Positions 60,330 to 64,000 of a DNA stretch of 64,000 bases are shown piece by piece. The notes beneath the pieces are model-generated. The model saw only the letters and a program-made list of their open reading frames with translations. It did not search any database and was not told where the DNA came from. Numbering within the stretch: position 1 is the first letter of the stretch; each line of letters begins with the position of its first letter. This stretch comes from Methylophagaceae bacterium (GTDB lineage: Bacteria > Pseudomonadota > Gammaproteobacteria > Nitrosococcales > Methylophagaceae), in contig OZ241321.1 of assembly GCA_965199725.1 (NCBI GenBank), positions 1,433,359-1,497,358 of the forward strand, given 5' to 3'. The translations under genes and the position numbers were made by a program.

Positions 60330-61787
60330 CTAAAATATGTTTTTTATTTTTAATCTATAAAGACTTAAGAGGATAAGCGATCTTGGTTCTTTCAACAGCA
60401 TAGATAGTCCTGCCACACATACTAAACTCAGTCCTGAGTAGATAAAGCACTGTATTAAACCATAACTGCTATCCCACAGCAGATAGCCGATGCTGTACAC
60501 AGTTATAACAATTAAGTAAATGAGTCCCATGCTTGGTGAAAATCGTAATTCAGGAATATGTTTGATGCTAGTATAGGTCAATATACATGACAAATATAAA
60601 AAAGTAGCAAAACTTGCATATACTGCACCTATCGCACCATAGTGCTGAATGAGTATATAATTTAAGGGTATGTTCAACAGAACTGCGCCAAAATTAAAAT
60701 ACGCTGCCTTTTTAATAAAAGATCTGTCTTGCAAGATACATATGCTCATAAGAAAGCTAGAATGAGTAAACAGGTACAGCCCGATTGCTAATAAAAATGC
60801 GTATTTGAAAGAATCAATAAAATCCTCGCCTGCGTAATAGATGACAAACGGCTCACCATAGACAATAAAGCCCATCATAAACGGCAATAAAAAGATTGGC
60901 ATTATTATAGATAATCTATTAAGCGTCATTTTTTTGAATACGCTATCATGTTCACGCATGGATTTTGCTATAAATGACCTAAACAAGCCTAAAACGGGAC
61001 CCATTATAAATAATATTACAGCATTAGACATAACGCCTGCCAGCGTATAGATACTTAGTACATCTTTATCTAAATAACGGATAATAAAAAATCTGTCAGT
61101 AAATGTTATTAGTATCCACAATGTTCCGTTTATTGTTATTATTATTCCGGTTGGGATAATTTCCTTTAGTAAAGAAAGTTTCAAGCGAAAAATATTTAAT
61201 TTGCGGTAGATGATCCAGCCAGCCGACACAATAATTAATATTGCGAAAATAGGATATAAAGACATAATCTGATAAATACTTAACTGGAAAAAATAGGCAC
61301 ATAGACAGATCGCGGTCCCTGAGACAGCATTTAAAATTGTCAACAGGTAATATGACTTCAGATACAAAAAACTCATCAGCAGATTGTGCATCAAACTAGC
61401 TAATGGAGTTATAAATGCTATCAGCATAATTAAGGGTATATATTTATCATCAATATTAAAATCAAAAATATGACTGTAAGCCATTACAGCAAAGAGGGTT
61501 ATTGGTACGATAGAGAAAAATGTTCTGGTAATTATGCCTGTGTATAGTAGTTCAGCGCTTTTGTATTTTTGTGATTGCACAGGAACATATGTTTCCAGAT
61601 ACCCATAAATGCCCATAGTGCTCACAGTACCCAGAAAATAAGCAAAACTCGTGATATAGTTAAAATAACCGTAGTTTTCTATGCCTAAGTAACGGGTAAA
61701 CAAAGGCGTGACAAATGTTATATTGATAATAGCGAGTATCTTTAGAGGAAAATTGCCTTTTATAGACTGTATAACATACTTAAGCAT
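60330..61787 (-). CDS. oligosaccharide/polysaccharide flippase (Wzx-like, MOP superfamily)
   Basis: 485 aa, about 12-14 hydrophobic helices, visibly AT-richer than its neighbours. No partner glycosyltransferase or polymerase nearby. Confidence 0.55.
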   Translation of the reverse strand: MLKYVIQSIKGNFPLKILAIINITFVTPLFTRYLGIENYGYFNYITSFAYFLGTVSTMGIYGYLETYVPVQSQKYKSAELLYTGIITRTFFSIVPITLFAVMAYSHIFDFNIDDKYIPLIMLIAFITPLASLMHNLLMSFLYLKSYYLLTILNAVSGTAICLCAYFFQLSIYQIMSLYPIFAILIIVSAGWIIYRKLNIFRLKLSLLKEIIPTGIIITINGTLWILITFTDRFFIIRYLDKDVLSIYTLAGVMSNAVILFIMGPVLGLFRSFIAKSMREHDSVFKKMTLNRLSIIMPIFLLPFMMGFIVYGEPFVIYYAGEDFIDSFKYAFLLAIGLYLFTHSSFLMSICILQDRSFIKKAAYFNFGAVLLNIPLNYILIQHYGAIGAVYASFATFLYLSCILTYTSIKHIPELRFSPSMGLIYLIVITVYSIGYLLWDSSYGLIQCFIYSGLSLVCVAGLSMLLKEPRSLILLSLYRLKIKNIF

Positions 61788-62066
61788 AATTTATTCCATA
61801 GTAACTAAAAGCCCATTAGAAACCTGCAGAAGGCCAATTTTGTTCAGCACTGCTTTAACTAGCAAAGAATCAAATACTAAAAAATGATACTGTATTTTCT
61901 ATTTGATTGAGTTGATATAGATATTAGATATTTACGTAGATTAACGGAGGATTATTCTCAGTGTTTGAACGATTATTCCTAATTGTCAGTCTTATAAATA
62001 AAGGTTTAGTATAGCTGGTGTTGGCGTAAGTTAGCAATTTTTTAATTTATGAAGGAGGCATTCACT

Positions 62067-62138
62067 ATGTGGACTAAACCAGAATACTCAGATATGCGTT
62101 TCGGTTTTGAAGTTACCATGTATATTTGTAACTGCTAA
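62067..62138 (+). CDS. pqqA: PQQ precursor peptide PqqA (copy 2, heads pqqBCD)
   Basis: [23 protein letters not shown]. 69/72 nt identical to copy 1. GAAGGAGG RBS. Confidence 0.9.
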   Translation: MWTKPEYSDMRFGFEVTMYICNC

Positions 62139-62159
62139 TATCTGTTTTTAGACGAGTAT

Positions 62160-62195
62160 CTGGGGCTGGACGTTTGTTTGACCCAGTATTTTTTT
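62160..62195 (+). terminator. weak hairpin plus T-run between pqqA and pqqB (possible attenuator)
   Basis: CTGGG (62160-62164) pairs with CCCAG (62182-62186) and is followed by TATTTTTTT. The stem is only 5 bp. Confidence 0.3.
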
Positions 62196-62253
62196 ATTGT
62201 GTATTGCAGCTAAAGTCAGTGCTCGCTGTATTTTAGATGGTGGAGAAATAGTT

Positions 62254-63168
62254 TTGTTTATACATGTATTAGGTTCAGGTGCTGGCGGTGGTTTTCCGCA
62301 GTGGAATTGTAATTGCGTTAACTGCAAAGGTATGCGTGATGGTACGATAACAGCAACCCCTCGCACCCAATCATCAATTGCTATCAGTGCAAATAGCGTA
62401 GATTGGATTTTATTTAACGCATCACCAGATATTAAAAAACAATTGGATGATTTCCCTGCTATTCAGCCTGGCAGGTCAGTAAGAGATACAGCAATTACCG
62501 CAATCGTGCTCACAGATGCCCAGATTGATCATGTAACTGGTATGCTGACATTGCGTGAACATATTGCCCCATGGGAGATATATACCACCGAAGCGGTACG
62601 GCAGGACTTAACCACTGGTTTTCCAGTATTTACCATTTTGGGACATTTTCGTGGTATTAATCATCATGAAATAGCAACAGATCAGTCTGCGTTTACTATC
62701 CCGAGTGCAGCAGATATTGAGTTTACTGCAGTGCCATTATTAAGTGAGGCACCCCCTTATTCGCCGCACCGTGGCAATACTGTACCAGGGGATAATATTG
62801 GCATGTATGTTAAAGATATGCGTAGCGGTAAAAGTTTATTTTATGCGCCCGGATTGGGTGTTGCTGAAGATCACGTAATCGGCTATATGCGTGATGCAGA
62901 TTGTGTGCTAGTAGATGGTACAGTGTGGACCGATGATGAAATGGCAAATGAGGGTATCAGTGACAAGCGTGCCAGTGAAATGGGCCACCTTGATCAATCT
63001 AGCGAAGGCGGCATTATGAGTATTCTTAATATGCTTGAAAAGCCACGCAAGATATTAATTCATATCAATAACACTAACCCTATTCTCAATGAGAATTCAC
63101 TGCAACGATATTTGCTGAATAAAACAGGTATAGAGCTAGCTTATGATGGTATGGCTATTGAGTTGTGA
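62254..63168 (+). CDS. pqqB: PQQ biosynthesis protein PqqB
   Basis: (L)FIHVLGSGAGGGFPQWNCNC is the canonical PqqB N-terminus. TTG at 62254 is preceded by GGTGGAG. The ORF-track start at 62197 is probably an artefactual extension. Confidence 0.88.
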   Translation: MFIHVLGSGAGGGFPQWNCNCVNCKGMRDGTITATPRTQSSIAISANSVDWILFNASPDIKKQLDDFPAIQPGRSVRDTAITAIVLTDAQIDHVTGMLTLREHIAPWEIYTTEAVRQDLTTGFPVFTILGHFRGINHHEIATDQSAFTIPSAADIEFTAVPLLSEAPPYSPHRGNTVPGDNIGMYVKDMRSGKSLFYAPGLGVAEDHVIGYMRDADCVLVDGTVWTDDEMANEGISDKRASEMGHLDQSSEGGIMSILNMLEKPRKILIHINNTNPILNENSLQRYLLNKTGIELAYDGMAIEL

Positions 63169-63198
63169 ATCAGAGATGAGCAATAGAAGGACAAGATA

Positions 63199-63927
63199 AT
63201 GGCAGTTGATACACCATGGTCACGCGACCAGTTTGAACGAAAATTACGTGCCAAGGAGGATCTCTATCATATAAGGCATCCTCTGCATGTGAAGATGCAC
63301 TCTGGAGGGATGACCAGAGCGCAAGTACAGGGGTGGGTAGCCAATCGTTTTTATTATCAAACAGCAATCCCAATGAAAGATGCAGCTATTATGGCAAATT
63401 GTCCAGAACCGGATGTGAGACGACACTGGGTGCAACGCATAATGGATCATGATGGCTTTGAAGATGCAGAAGGCGGCATTGAGGCGTGGTTGCAATTGGG
63501 TGAATCAGTTGGCTTAACGCGTCAAGAATTATGGTCTGAGCAGCATGTATTACCGGGCGTACGTTTTGCTGTTGATGCCTATGTTAATTTTGCGCGCCGC
63601 TCGTCATGGCAGGAAGCTGCCAGTTCCTCATTGACAGAAATGTTTGCGCCTAAAATTCATCAAGCGAGACTAGACAATTGGCCGGATGTTTATCCATGGA
63701 TTGAGGAAAGAGGCTATCGTTATTTTCGCAAACGGTTGAGTGAAGCTCGCCGTGATGTAGAGTATGGCTTGAGTATCACTCTAGATTATTATAAAACTCG
63801 TGAACAGCAGGAACATGCCTTAACAATACTTCAGTTCAAACTGGATGTGTTGTGGACTATGTGTGATACGATGTGGATGGCATATGTAGAGAAACGTCCG
63901 CCTTATACTTTTGAGGTTGAGTTATGA
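63199..63927 (+). CDS. pqqC: pyrroloquinoline-quinone synthase PqqC
   Basis: 242 aa. [12 protein letters not shown]...WVANRFYYQ and RHWVQRI..HDG motifs. Confidence 0.9.
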   Translation: MAVDTPWSRDQFERKLRAKEDLYHIRHPLHVKMHSGGMTRAQVQGWVANRFYYQTAIPMKDAAIMANCPEPDVRRHWVQRIMDHDGFEDAEGGIEAWLQLGESVGLTRQELWSEQHVLPGVRFAVDAYVNFARRSSWQEAASSSLTEMFAPKIHQARLDNWPDVYPWIEERGYRYFRKRLSEARRDVEYGLSITLDYYKTREQQEHALTILQFKLDVLWTMCDTMWMAYVEKRPPYTFEVEL

Positions 63928-64000
63928 GCAAGCCAATATTCACACCTGATAGTATCCCAGTATTGGCGCTTGGCTACCGCTTTCAATGGGAACCAGCCCA
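63924..64000 (+). CDS. pqqD: PqqD, N-terminal part (continues past the window end)
   Basis: ATGA overlap with the pqqC stop. [25 protein letters not shown] resembles PqqD N-termini (P.L..G.R.QWE). Confidence 0.75.
   Translation, partial: MSKPIFTPDSIPVLALGYRFQWEPA

Noticed and set aside
62197-62253. The ORF-track N-terminal extension of pqqB (start at 62197)
   Set aside because: The extension has no RBS and begins immediately after the T-run that follows pqqA. The canonical PqqB N-terminus begins at the TTG at 62254, which is preceded by GGTGGAG.

Overview
64-kb chromosomal segment of a moderately AT-rich gammaproteobacterium. Gene content (yciO/yciB/yciI/bolA, a Pseudomonas-type LPS-core kinase cluster, xseB-ispA-dxs, soxYZ, pqqABCD) hints at a methylotroph or sulfur-associated Thiotrichales-like organism, but the taxon cannot be verified here. 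Most of the window is ordinary housekeeping: a GldAFG-type ABC operon, LPS inner-core biosynthesis, rsmE/prmC/moeB/pmbA/ribF, isoprenoid and queuosine/folate genes, an RND efflux pair, hemH, an aldehyde dehydrogenase, and an SLC13 transporter. The standout is a compact type II-C CRISPR-Cas9 module (about 9999-15130). It has cas9-cas1-cas2 on the minus strand, three identical 36-nt repeats each ending in a perfect TATAAT, two 30-nt spacers plus a cryptic third, a plus-strand terminator after the array, and a clear tracrRNA (anti-repeat, nexus-like hairpin, intrinsic terminator) that starts about 30 nt from the cas9 start codon. cas9 is broken by a single frameshift in a homopolymer-rich 35-nt overlap, although its catalytic motifs are intact. 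Features absent from the ORF track: two near-identical pqqA peptide genes 3.4 kb apart, tRNA-Arg(CCU), and a 12-unit heptanucleotide microsatellite that fills the pmbA/ribF convergent gap. There are also two zones of gene decay: GT10 and tyrosine-recombinase fragments at 41.0-41.7 kb, and a TonB-receptor remnant, a multiply disrupted ICMT-family gene and a lipoprotein remnant at 48.9-50.5 kb. A translationally coupled bepA-like/soxY/soxZ/histidine-kinase/response-regulator string sits next to tusA and a dsrE-like gene. All product calls come from motif recognition by eye; no database search was possible.
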